The notes beneath the pieces are model-generated. The model was given only the letters and a program-made list of their open reading frames with translations, had not been told where the DNA came from and did not search any database. Source: Octopus sinensis (Eukaryota). Taken from it: a stretch of 64,000 bases of DNA. A program made the translations under genes and the position numbers. Positions 52,126 to 64,000 of this stretch are shown here, piece by piece. The stretch is from NCBI RefSeq assembly GCF_006345805.1, contig NC_042999.1, positions 58,962,001-59,026,000 on the forward strand, in the 5' to 3' direction. How positions within the stretch are numbered: the stretch's first letter is position 1; every line of letters begins with the position of its first letter.

Positions 52126-53276
52126 AACAGGAGCGCGTCATTCGAAGTCATTTTTATAAAGAGAAGATATACATTGTTATTTGGTTGACATTGCCGCTAA
52201 TGAATGAGAAAAGAAGAAACTTACATGTGGCGGACTTCTAGTCTCCGCCATTCACACTCACTCACAACGCTTCATTCCATCCAAAGTGCTGTGTAATACG
52301 GCTGAATTGAAGAAAGCTTCTTATCGACACGGACACATCTGACCCTAATAAACGGAAGGCTTCGCATTGAGCCCGAACTCATAACTTATGTAAACTTGAC
52401 ATGAACGTTAATCATTATACCAAGGCAATATTTATGCAAACTCTTATATCTACCTGGTCACTGACGCATGATGTGTTGTATTAGTCTGAAAAAGTACAAT
52501 GCTATTAGATACAAATCATATCAGACATTTAGATATTTGATTAATAATTCAACTCAAATTTAAATAATAGATTTATTCTAATTATCGAAGAACTTAAGAT
52601 AAATGCAAACTTTTAATTTCATAATTAAAATATTCTATTTACTCTTTATCTATTTATTATATAGCATCAATTGTTTAGTTTTTATTGCCATTTAGGTTAT
52701 ATCATGCAATTCGTTAACAATAGCGTCGTTTAATAATGCATAACTGTGAGCACATAGTACTGTGTCACAAATATGCAGCGAATGAGTATGTAGTTCAGTT
52801 TTCCTACAATTTCACTGATGTTATTAAAGTAATGTCCAAATACACAGAGACAAAACAAAAAAGATATATGTATGTGCTATGAATGCAAAATTCGGCGAAA
52901 AAATGTTAAGGGACCAATCTTTTATAAATTTACCAATGTAAATGGCAAATGTCTCTTAGACTTCCAAACGTAAAATGACCTGATAAATCTGATTATACAA
53001 TACACAAACAGAATAGGTAGGCTGTGGATGTTTACGTCCCGAAATAACAGTGATGCACAACTTGATCACAACATAATAAAAATGAAAATTGAATAACACT
53101 CCTATGAGCTACGAATCCTACTGTTAATTCTTACCATCAATTGGGACAGGAATATTCAAGCAAAGTTTGAGAGTAAATAAGGATTTACGTAAATGTAGAC
53201 TGGAAAGAAAGTACAGACACAGTTGCAAAATATTTTAGATGATATCAAAAATTTCAATTCTTTTAACAATACAATA

Positions 53277-53728
53277 CTTAAACTCTTCTCCCTGGAGCGA
53301 AGGCGGGTAAGTTATGCAGTGATATACATCTGGAAAATCCTGGAGTTTCTTGTCCCGAATTTTGGCATTGAAAGTTACCCCGACAGCAGAAAAATCCCAA
53401 CATCACCATGAAAATACAGGACCAGATACTGCAACAGCTTGGGTTTCAGGGACCACAGCTCTTCAATATCCTTCCTAAATGTCTGAGAGATCTGCATGGT
53501 GTGGATGTGGATTTCTTTAAAACTAAACTGGATCTCTTCTTGTCAGGGGTTCCAGATGAACCTACCTTTCGGCAGGAAACACAGATGCGGGCAGCGGCGT
53601 CGAACTCCCTTGTTGACCGAGTGCCACGTATCAGAGGTCGTTTCACATACTAGTGTAGTTCATTTAACGGTGGTGCCCCAGCATGGCCGCAGCTTTCGAG
53701 CTGAAACATTTTTTAAGGATTTTAAGGA
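53277..53728 (+). mobile_element. CR1/L2-group LINE 3' fragment with 3' tail
   Basis: LKLFSLERRRVSYAVIYIWKILEFLVPNFGIESY / LGFQGPQLFNILPKCLRDLHGVDVDFFKTKLDLFLSGVPDEP..RAAASNSL, then tail ggtgccccagcatggccgcagctttcgagctgaaac(ttttaagga)2. Confidence 0.9.
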
Positions 53729-54752
53729 ATACCATCATATTGAAGTAGAAGCAAATATTTCAAAAGGAGAAAGGAAACAACAAAACACACCCTATGGGAA
53801 ATCGCGAAGGTAAGTACGAAAAGCGGGACTGTAAACAGGTAAAATAAAGAACATGTAAAATAAGTAAACTCTTGAGAATTAATAAAGCGGTGTTGCAAAA
53901 TGCAAGACAATAACACGATGAAATCGTAACACAAATACTTGATTCTAATTTTCATGATAGAATATGTAATTCAAATTGCTTGAGAAAACCAACAACTTTC
54001 ACATATGAGAAACAGAAGGAAGAAATAAGGCCAAAATGTAAACATCCGTGAGAACCGAATTTAAAATGTCTACACGGACAGTCACCAAACATAGACCAAG
54101 CTATCCTTAATGTTGTGAAATAAAAAAAAAACATCCTTACCTGTAGTTACAAACGACTTGACTAAAGACCTAAAGAACTGTATTATCAGGTCCTTTTCAA
54201 GTTGCAAAACAAGACTTGACAATATATTAATGAAGATATGGAAATCATGAATACTCTTAAATCATGTACTTGAAAAGTGTAACAAACCTTGCTCCTGGGA
54301 GCAACATTCACCGAATACCATATATGGAAATGTATTATTAGCAGAAACCATCGAAAAATGGAGAGCTATATTTCTGGGGCACTGTTAATAAACAAAAGTT
54401 GTCAACAATTGTGTAATAATCGGTGCATGGTAATACACGTGGAGGGCGTTTTACTGAAGGTCGAACGTTTTACTGAAGGTCACATTTCAGTGTATCGTGA
54501 GTCTACTTGACATGACAACGACTACATCTACTGATTTATGCGACACGGTCTTATAGGAAATGACGTATATTAGTGGCTGTCGAAACCGAAACGTTGTGTG
54601 CGGCCAAGTCAATCCATGACCAACGAGATTTAAAACGTTATTCCGAAAAGTTAGGAATACTCTATGATACACTTGAGTATTGCGTATCAATGAGTTAAAT
54701 TATGCGAAATTGTTTGAACATAAATGCTTGGCAAATTATATATATTTAGCAG

Positions 54753-54978
54753 GGCGGCGAGCTGGCAGAAACGTTAGCACGCCGGGCGAAATGCGTAGCC
54801 GTATTTCGTCTGCCGTTATGTTCTGAGTTCAAATTCAGTTCAGGACGAGTTTGCCTTTCAACCTTTCGGGGTCGATAAATTATGTACCAGTTACGCACTG
54901 GGGTCGATGTAATCGACTTAATCCGTTTGCCTGTCCTTGTTTGTCCCCTCTATGTTTGGCCCCTCGGGGGTAGTAAAG

Positions 54979-54982
<4 letters not shown>
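54753..54982 (+). mobile_element. SINE family B full length, followed by (TA)n, TSD atatatatttagcagggcg
   Basis: Intact head and tail, with the flank duplicated at ~54738-54756 and ~55019-55037. Confidence 0.85.
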
Positions 54983-55029
<47 letters not shown>

Positions 55030-55202
55030 GCAGGGCGAAACACAGATACAAGCACGCCTACACATATATGTATAAGTGTATGTTTGTATGTATCATGTAT
55101 GCATGTGTATATGTATGTATATCTGTGTGTATGTATGCATGTATGTATGCATGTCTGTGTGTATGTATGTATGTATTCATGTATAAGCACACGTGCACAC
55201 AC

Positions 55203-55382
55203 GGCTCGTATAGTGAATGGGGAAAGCTTGGTCTGCAATGTTTGCAGTCGTGTATGCTTGTCAAGAGCAGGGCTCATTAGCCACCAACGGAGCCGCAAAT
55301 GCAAAATATAAGTTAGTCCTAGAGCGCACAATGTTCCTGAAGGTCGGCAATGGTCTTCCTCGGTCACGAGTGGACGGCCATC
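55203..55382 (+). mobile_element. RTE-like LINE extreme 3' end (one C2H2-like finger) with 72-bp flanking duplication
   Basis: CNVCSRVCLSRAGLISHQRSR..* followed by ...gagtggacggccatcat. The flanks 55131-55202 and 55383-55454 differ by one base. Confidence 0.8.
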
Positions 55383-56200
55383 ATGTATGCATGTATGTAT
55401 GCATGTCTGTGTGTATGTATGTATGCATTCATGTATAAGCACACGTGCACACACAGTGGTGTGCCACTATATCTCCGTCTACCAAATTCTGATAAGAATT
55501 CCTTAGTCAGCTGGATGCACTGCAAATGACTCTTGCCCATTAAGCCGTGCAATGCAATGCAATCCTGATAATAGTTCAATGCAGAACGTGTTAACCATAG
55601 AGGGATGCGTACATGTATATTTCTACAGTTCATTGAACTTTGGGTTTAAGAGACTTACAGCAAAATCATCATGAGCTCTGCAGTATGGAAACTTGCAGCA
55701 AAGTTGAAATGCTAAATGCACCCACTTGAATGCTAAGTATTTCAAGCATCAAAATTTTACTGTAATAAAATTGTTATTCTTTTCGCCAGAAGTTTTGCCC
55801 TTTCCTATGTATGCGTGTGCGTGTTCGTGTGCTCAAATTATGTATTACACATTGAAGAAAGTACAGCCCGCAAGACATTTTTTAGGGTGTCCGGGAGTCA
55901 CGGAAAGAAGAGAGAAATTTAAACTTTGTTCGGAGGATAAGATAAGATATTAATGTTCTTTTTTGCTTGAAAATAATTTCTTTCTTCCCCCATTAGTTTA
56001 TATAGATTCAAATATCAATGACAAAATACCGAATGCTTGCAAGAAAGTAGACTCTGCTAATGCTCTAATGAACTCATGCGAAATGTAGGGATGCTAGACC
56101 GGATAAATCTATCAGCAAAGTTCTGAGGTTGTCCCTTAGACTACTTTTTATACACTTTACATTTATCAAATTTCATACACACAACTGTGGTCAATAAAAA

Positions 56201-56432
56201 GGCGGCGAGCTAGCAGAAACGTTAGCACGCCGGGCGAAATGCGTCGCCGCATTTCGTCTGCCGTTACGTTCTGAGTTCAAATTCCGCCGAGGATGACTTT
56301 GCCTTTCATCCTTTCGGGGTCGATAAATTAAGTACCAGTTACGCACTGGGGTCGATGTAATCGACTTAATCCGTTTGTCTGTCCTTGTTTGTCCCCTCTG
56401 TGTTTAGCCCCTTGTGGGTAGTAAAGAAATAA
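56201..56432 (+). mobile_element. SINE family B full-length copy
   Basis: Near-consensus head, B-box, Meta-like domain and tail gtagtaaagaaataag. Confidence 0.9.
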
Positions 56433-57334
56433 GAAAGCTGCTGCAGAAGACCTTAATCTAAAGTGCTGCGCAGTGGGATCGTACCTGATACCATGGAGTT
56501 GCGTAGTGAACATGTTAATCACGTGGCCAGACATGTGTGTGTGTTTTTATGTAATGAGCAAATGATAAATAGGTTTTTAATTTCACTCATGAATGCATGA
56601 GTGTGATAATAAATTGCTTGGCCTTTTGTGGTCAGAGCATTCCATCAACAGTTATCCGGTTTACTAACTTCAAAGGAGCACTACATGGTGTTTAAAGCTA
56701 CGTCCTTTGATGAAAATCTCTATGAAAACTATTTGTAGTCTGTCTTCATAACATTCTCATATAAATGTGTGCGGCTAGAAAGCTTAGATTTTGGTTGTTA
56801 TAGTTGTTGGCTTTATTCAGATATGCTGCATATACATACATAAATACATTCAAACATACATACATACATATATGTGTGTGCGTGTGTGTGTATACACATG
56901 TATATACATATGCTCTGTATGCATGTTTCTTAATAAGAGATTACGTTAATCATGTAATCTTATTAACAACATTATTAATTTACCCATAGAGCATAGAATT
57001 CCTGGTGGAAAAGAGGTTTAGCATCAAAATGAGCAATGTTATCAGTAAGTAACATGGTACTTTTTATCGAAAAAGAAAAACCATCCCCGACTGAATATGC
57101 GCGGGTAGATTTGTATTGATTGTACCCAAGCAATTTCGTGCTTTTAGATAGTTTTCTTAAGACAAACCCAGTCTGCTGCACAATTGTTTTCGTACTCTTA
57201 AACTATATCATTAAAATTTATAACGCTCTCACGATTATATTTCATAAGTATACACAACCTAATATTTAGATTGTCAATTTATTTCCTGGTCTAACATTCT
57301 ACAATGTTGTTATATCGGAACTTGGGCATTACAG

Positions 57335-57550
57335 TTAGAAATGTTAGCACGTCGGGCGAAATGCTTATTTCGTCTGCCGTTACGTTCTGAGTTCAAATTC
57401 CGCCGAAGTCGACTTTGCCTTTCATCCTTTCGGGGTCGATAAATTAAGTACCAGTCATGCACTGGGGTCGATGTAATTGACTTAATCCCGTTGTCTGCTC
57501 TTGTTTGTCCCCTCTATATTTAGCCCCTTGTGGGCAATAAAGAAATAAGA
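57335..57550 (+). mobile_element. SINE family B copy, 5'-truncated
   Basis: gttagcacgtcgggcgaaatg...ggcaataaagaaataag. Confidence 0.8.
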
Positions 57551-58616
57551 AGGTACTTCTAATAACGATGTGTTATACTACTAGTAATAACGACGTCTAA
57601 GAAGGTAAGAAACTTTCGGAGTTGTTTCCCTTGCAGGTTCAGTCAAAGAATAACATAAGCTTACATATACTGCTGTTTTGTATTCCCTGCATTTATGCAA
57701 TTCTGACTAAATCTTGCGTTGAAAATTAAAATAATTAAGCCCATTCTTGTATATCTTTTATACCTTCGAGAAGATCAAATACAGCGGGCTTTTATGAGTC
57801 AAATAAATATTACTATGCATTGAAACTAGCAAATGTAGTTACTAGTGAAACGAAAACGTTTCGGTCACACACGCATACATATACACTTACTCGCATACTT
57901 ACAACCTACAGATATGCGAACGTACGCACGCATAATTACCTATACCAGCAAGTCTTTGGCTCTCACAATAAACGAAGCTGAATAAAGGAATATCTAACCG
58001 AGTATTCATTAACTCTGCCAAAAACATTCATACATGCAAAGTTCAATAGAAGCCAAAATGATTCGGAAATAGACATGGTTTATCTATAGTTCCTCTTGCT
58101 ATTTCTCTTTATCTGTACCAAACTTATTAACTTCCATCGATATACCACATTCACATGTTCAAATAAAAATCTCGACTTCAAAAGAAAAAGGATGTCATTT
58201 CACTCCAAGAAAACATTCAACCGAACCATCAGAAATCCTGTTGTGGACGAATAATCAATTAACAGGCATGATCTACGTTTAAGGATCAGACCATGATTCA
58301 AAAGATTGTTTGTTTTTGCTTATCGTATATGATTATATGTATGGACATATGGGTATCAATGTGTCTATGTGTGTGTGTTTTTGTTTCTGTACACATTGTG
58401 TATAATATGCATAAATATACATGTATGTGTATAAATGCACATACATATGTGCATATGTACTAATACATATGTGTTTGCGAGTACGCGTGTATGTTCGTAT
58501 TTTCATACATAGAGCACACACATGTACACAAATAGTTTATATATGTATATATAGATATATGCATGAATATGTCTATGTATGTATGTATGTATGTATGTAT
58601 GTATGTATGTATATAT

Positions 58617-58661
<45 letters not shown>

Positions 58662-60218
58662 TATACTCATTTCCATCGTTCTGTATCTATCTGCTTCTGT
58701 TAGCTTTTTAGCTATGTATGTATATGTACATATATATATATGTTTATGCACACATTCATACCTATCTTCGTCAACTACCTACATAGTTGCATATGCATAT
58801 ACATAATATATACGTTAGAATATACATCAATACAAATATGCATTTATATTTCATAAGAACATGATGCTTCATTTGTATAAATACATGTTTACCTTTTGAG
58901 ATCTATGGGTTTTTGTAACTATGTTGCTGTCTGTGAATATACATTTACATTAATATGTGAGATACGAGTCTAAGCTTTTGTGTGTATGAGCGTGTGTCTA
59001 AATGTATGAAAGACCGAGGGAACGGGAGGAGAAAGAGAAAGAGATAGACAGATAGAGATAGATAGACACCGAAAGGGAGTGATAGGGAGAGAGGAAGATG
59101 GAAAGATAGAGACAGGGATAGTGTGTGTTTCTTTTCAAACGTACACCTTTTATTGATTGAAATATCAAAAGAAAATTATTGCATGACAAGTTACCATCAA
59201 CAAACTTCATCAATGCACACTGCCATAGATATTTCTCATTCATGTCATTTATGCAAAGATGTCGCCTTTGTACTAAACCAACTCGCCAGATGAAGTGGTA
59301 ATATCTGAGAGTTATCGAACACCTGATCATAGGATAAGACTGGCTTTCTATGAAGTGAGGTCTTGATGTATTTACGCACCGTATGATTATCGAATAATAC
59401 CTCTTTATTGCTTTATTCATCATACAAAATCTATTAATGGGGAAACTGTGAGTAATTATGGAAATGGAATTGCTTTGTGATATTTGTATATATTTCAGTG
59501 TTTTTGTTTCTTTGTTTTTGTAGATAATCTCATTACTATGAATAATTGAAGAGCTTATCCATTTTATATTATCAATAACATCTCTTTGTATTTATAACTA
59601 CATTCATTATTATATAACTATATAGTATAGTGTGCAGCTAAGGGTTAGAAGTAAGCTGTCGGCAAACCCATTGCACACAACAACAATCGGCGACCTATAT
59701 CCGCGCCTTAGATTCCGCGAATGTATTTCGATTCCAGGCTGTTGCGATATTTAGGTAACAATAGAAAACATGAATATCAAATTACATTAATACGGCTCCT
59801 TAACAAATCTGAACTCGTTGGTTTCAGAGAAATGAAATTTATAAATAAAATACAATTTCAATTTAACAGGTATCGCTATGTGGTTAAGGATGTTATAGGC
59901 ACTGGTATGACTTTGTGTTTAAGAAGCTTGCTTTGCAACCACGAGGTTTCGGGTTCAATATCACTGCATAACAATTTAGGTAAGTAACTTCTATTGTAGT
60001 TCCAAGCCAACCAATGCCGACCGTTTCATTTTTTTATGTCCTGTACCCATATATGCATGTATATATACATATATATGTAGGTATGTACATATATGTATAT
60101 ATGCATATGTTTATATATTATTTATATTTTATGTATATTACTATATGATCGAACGCCACGCATTCTTTTCCAATTAAGTTATGTATATATATATAATATT
60201 ATATATATATATATTATA

Positions 60219-60269
<51 letters not shown>

Positions 60270-60276
60270 ATATACT

Positions 60277-60444
60277 TTATTTAAAAGCAGTCTTCTTTAA
60301 CAAAACTGTCCGACGAACGGGAACGTGAAACTCCGAGTAACAGCTTTTGTTATGTTGCAGCTGCTTTTAAACAAAGTGTATTACTATACCTCTGGTATTT
60401 GAGTACTTTTTTTCCACCTTGTTTCACATTTATGTGTTTACTCC

Positions 60445-60455
<11 letters not shown>
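60277..60455 (+). mobile_element. Penelope-type terminal repeat with best-preserved CCGACGA hammerhead-like fold (60298-60352)
   Basis: taacaaaactgt-CCGACGA(60310-60316)-ACG-GGAA-CGT-GAAA(60327-60330)-CTCCGAG-TA-acagcttttgtta. Ends actccgg followed by (TA)n. Confidence 0.7.
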
Positions 60456-60486
<31 letters not shown>

Positions 60487-60509
60487 ATATATATTATATA
60501 TATATACAT

Positions 60510-60541
<32 letters not shown>

Positions 60542-60570
60542 ATTTATATATATATATATATATATATATA

Positions 60571-60720
60571 GGCGGAGAATTCACAAAAAACAAAGCAAAA
60601 GACGAAGACAAGTGGTGTAGACAACAAACAGATGTATTCGTTTAACTCTCGGAAAGTGAAAAAGTCTTTAACGTTTCGAGCCTACGCTCTTCCACAGAAA
60701 GGAACACAGAAAAAAAAACA
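60571..60720 (-). mobile_element. gagcgtaggctcgaaa repeat family copy
   Basis: Homologous to 9703-9850. Lies tail-to-tail with 60277-60455 across a (TA)n/(CA)n tract. Confidence 0.45.
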
Positions 60721-60998
60721 AGAAGAGAAAATAAAGAATCTGTGGTGGCTAGCGAAAAGGCAGAAAGTAAAAAAAAAATTAGAAAGAACAAACTTTTAAG
60801 AAGAGTTCAAAAGGTTCAAAAGCTTCGAACGTCGTGGTGTATTGGACCGATTTCTCATCAACGGAAGAGCCAGTGTAATCCATGGGCAGGAGAGGTGCAG
60901 CTGAAGTGTACGAGAGTAGAAAGTCCAGGTAGAGAATCCAAGTAGAATAGAGCAGTGTAGAAGGTGTAAAAGTTCACACTCATATATATGTATATACA

Positions 60999-61083
<85 letters not shown>

Positions 61084-61748
61084 ATAATAAGGGTAAATAA
61101 TTTCTATAATGGTCTTTAAAAAAAGACCACAATTATTTACTGGTAGAATTCGGTATGTAAATATAGCCGATTACCGGCAGGAACTTCTGTAAAGTTCAGT
61201 ATATATATTGTATATAAGAAAAAGGGACAGGCAACAGGTTGCTTGACCGCATACCGAAAAAAGTAGAAATAGCAGTCAAAAATGCTTATTTCTAATTTCC
61301 ACAAATGGGGCTCCAGGCACGACAACCCTGTAATTCACATATGCAAAACAGAAGGAATAGATATTCGAAAACGAAGTCTGGTGGTTATCTGTGAACATCA
61401 TGTTTCTGATTATAAACATATTGAATATATATTTCATATATACTTTTGATATATATTTCATATATATTGCATATATATTTCACATCCTTCTTCAGCACAT
61501 CTTTCCATTGAAATAGATTTATCATAGATTTATCAAATGCTACGTACCTCAAACCTTCTGACCATGCGACATCAAAATATTTGAAGAAAGCGAGCAAAGG
61601 TTAAACCTACATAGACGTTTGAATTCATAAATCTTCCCTCCAAAATTTTGCCATGTGCACTACAAAAATAGTTCCATATTGGGTTGTCGTAAGGGAGTGA
61701 ATATATATATATACACACACCCATATATATATATATATATATATATAT

Positions 61749-61791
<43 letters not shown>

Positions 61792-61825
61792 ATATATATG
61801 CATGTATACATATATACATACATAC

Positions 61826-61878
<53 letters not shown>

Positions 61879-62749
61879 TATATAATATAAACACTAACAC
61901 AACATATATGAGTGCGTGTGTCATAGTTAAATAAGATTCAGGTAATAAAAAAACTTGTAGTACGCCATGCAAAACTCATCTACAATTATTGGCTGCCTGA
62001 TGTCATCATACAAAGTGAATACCCTTGCTGCTGGATATACATTAGGAATTCTAAAGTATGAATGTATTAATGTACAAGTCCTCAGAAATTCCGGCTTCGT
62101 GTCTTGCCTGCTGGAAGACCACTTCGTGTGAGACACTCCTCGGCTTTTGTCAGACCACATCTCTTAGAGAAGGTCACTCTGATATAAACCCATATATGTA
62201 GGGAATGGGATTAGACATTTAGAGTACCTTTGGCACGGGCTTAAGATGATAGCGCTTCCGCATTCCTGAGTATGCAAACCGAATCAGGACTGGAATTCTT
62301 CTTCTGGCTTGCCTCTGGATTATGTCCATTGGGTGAAGAGGGACTGTGAGCTGCTGTACAAGGCGTTTTGCACCTCAGATTTTAGTTAGCACAACCGCCG
62401 GCAATGGTGCTTTCTGATGTTCGATCGTGTAAGAGGGGGTATGGAAGCTACGGGCGGAAATCCGTTTGAAGCCGACTACGGTAGTAATAACTTCATGTAA
62501 AGGCATTACTGACATTTTGTATGATAAAGGTTCAGTGATGATTTTCTGCGGTCATGTGTGGACAACCATCTTGCATGTATATCTCTATTATTTGTTAATT
62601 ATTATATATCTTCCACTGAGGAGCGAGTCGGTTTCCAACAAATGTAGTTAATACAGACTAATTCACATTTGGGACTGGAGATAAGTCTTCCATAATTTTA
62701 CTGTTCCGCTCACACATTGCACTTAAGCAAATACATATATATGACTGTA

Positions 62750-62944
62750 TATATACATATGTGTGTGTGTGTATGATTATGTATATATATATATCTATAT
62801 GCCTGTATATATATGTGTGTGTGTGTGTCTATATATGTTTATGTATATATATATATATCTATATACCTGTATGTATATATATTATACACATATTTTTTTC
62901 TCTAGTTTCAGAGCTCATGCACCCGTTCCCTATCTATATATATG

Positions 62945-62998
<54 letters not shown>

Positions 62999-63709
62999 TA
63001 TATATATAAATATAATGTCTGTATATATATATATGTTTATATATATATATACATACATATATACATATATGTATGTATATCTACACATACATATACACGC
63101 ATATTTGAAAATTCATGCATATATATATATAAGACAACACACACGCGTATATTACTAAAAATAAATTCACATTGTTTGAATAGAATATATATTCTGTAAT
63201 TTGATTGAAGGACTGTAATGTGTAAGTGATACACATATTTTTAACAAAAAATTTAGGCAACGTATCATGTATAGTGTATATCTCTATTGAGTTATAAAAC
63301 ACTTTATGTTAGGTGGTACCTTTCAGAATCTTATGAACACATACTTTAAGCAAATGTATGGATACATAATTTCATTCATTTATATATGTATATATAAATA
63401 TATATATATATGTGTGTGTGTGTATGTGTGTATATATGTGTGTGTGTGTATGTGTATATATATATATTTGTATACATATACACATATATACATATCCATA
63501 CATATATAAATATACATATGTACACATACATATATATCGATACATATATATACGCATACACACATAATATATATAATATAAACCACACACACATATATAT
63601 ATCTACAGACAGATATACATATATACATATATATATATATACATATATATATACTATAATATATATATATAGATATATATATATGATATGGTATATATAT
63701 ATATATGTG

Positions 63710-63759
<50 letters not shown>

Positions 63760-63788
63760 TATATTATGTATATTATATATATGTAGAG

Positions 63789-63856
<68 letters not shown>

Positions 63857-63891
63857 ATATATGATATACTATATATATATATATAATATAT

Positions 63892-63968
<77 letters not shown>

Positions 63969-64000
63969 TATATATATTATATATATATACATATATATAT
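62750..64000. repeat. Degenerate (TA)n/(TATG)n/(TG)n microsatellite block
   Basis: Directly visible. Confidence 0.9.

Noticed and set aside
62400-62580. Mariner transposase remnant (GFKRISAR on the minus strand)
   Set aside because: Only one short motif, with inconsistent spacing to neighbouring motifs. The GGGRPVAV motif at ~42600 is similarly weak.
255-64000. Numerous ORFs rich in YI/HT/CV/LS/RE dipeptide runs, including the 488-aa ORF at 12746-14212
   Set aside because: They are translations of microsatellites and the tandem triplication, with no protein-like content.

Overview
AT-rich, microsatellite-dense eukaryotic DNA, most likely an intronic or intergenic stretch of an octopus (coleoid cephalopod) genome. 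The species is inferred from the repeat landscape, not from a search. I could not identify any intact host protein-coding exon, and most listed ORFs are translations of (TA)n, (CA)n, (GA)n or (TAA)n tracts. The recognisable content is mobile-element debris: many tRNA-derived SINEs (at least three families, some in head-to-tail arrays); 3' fragments of CR1, RTE-like (C2H2 finger) and R4/Dong-like LINEs; two Penelope-like (GIY-YIG) fragments; a Tc1 transposase pseudogene; and hAT fossils plus a hAT MITE. The most interesting signal is a set of type-I hammerhead ribozyme folds in Penelope-type termini. They show canonical (CUGAUGA) and variant cores (CCGACGA in three copies, UUGAAAA, GUAAACA), usually abut (TA)n, and two are built into fold-back palindromes, including a 1.3-kb hairpin with a hammerhead at each end. 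All folds were read by eye and none has been tested for activity.
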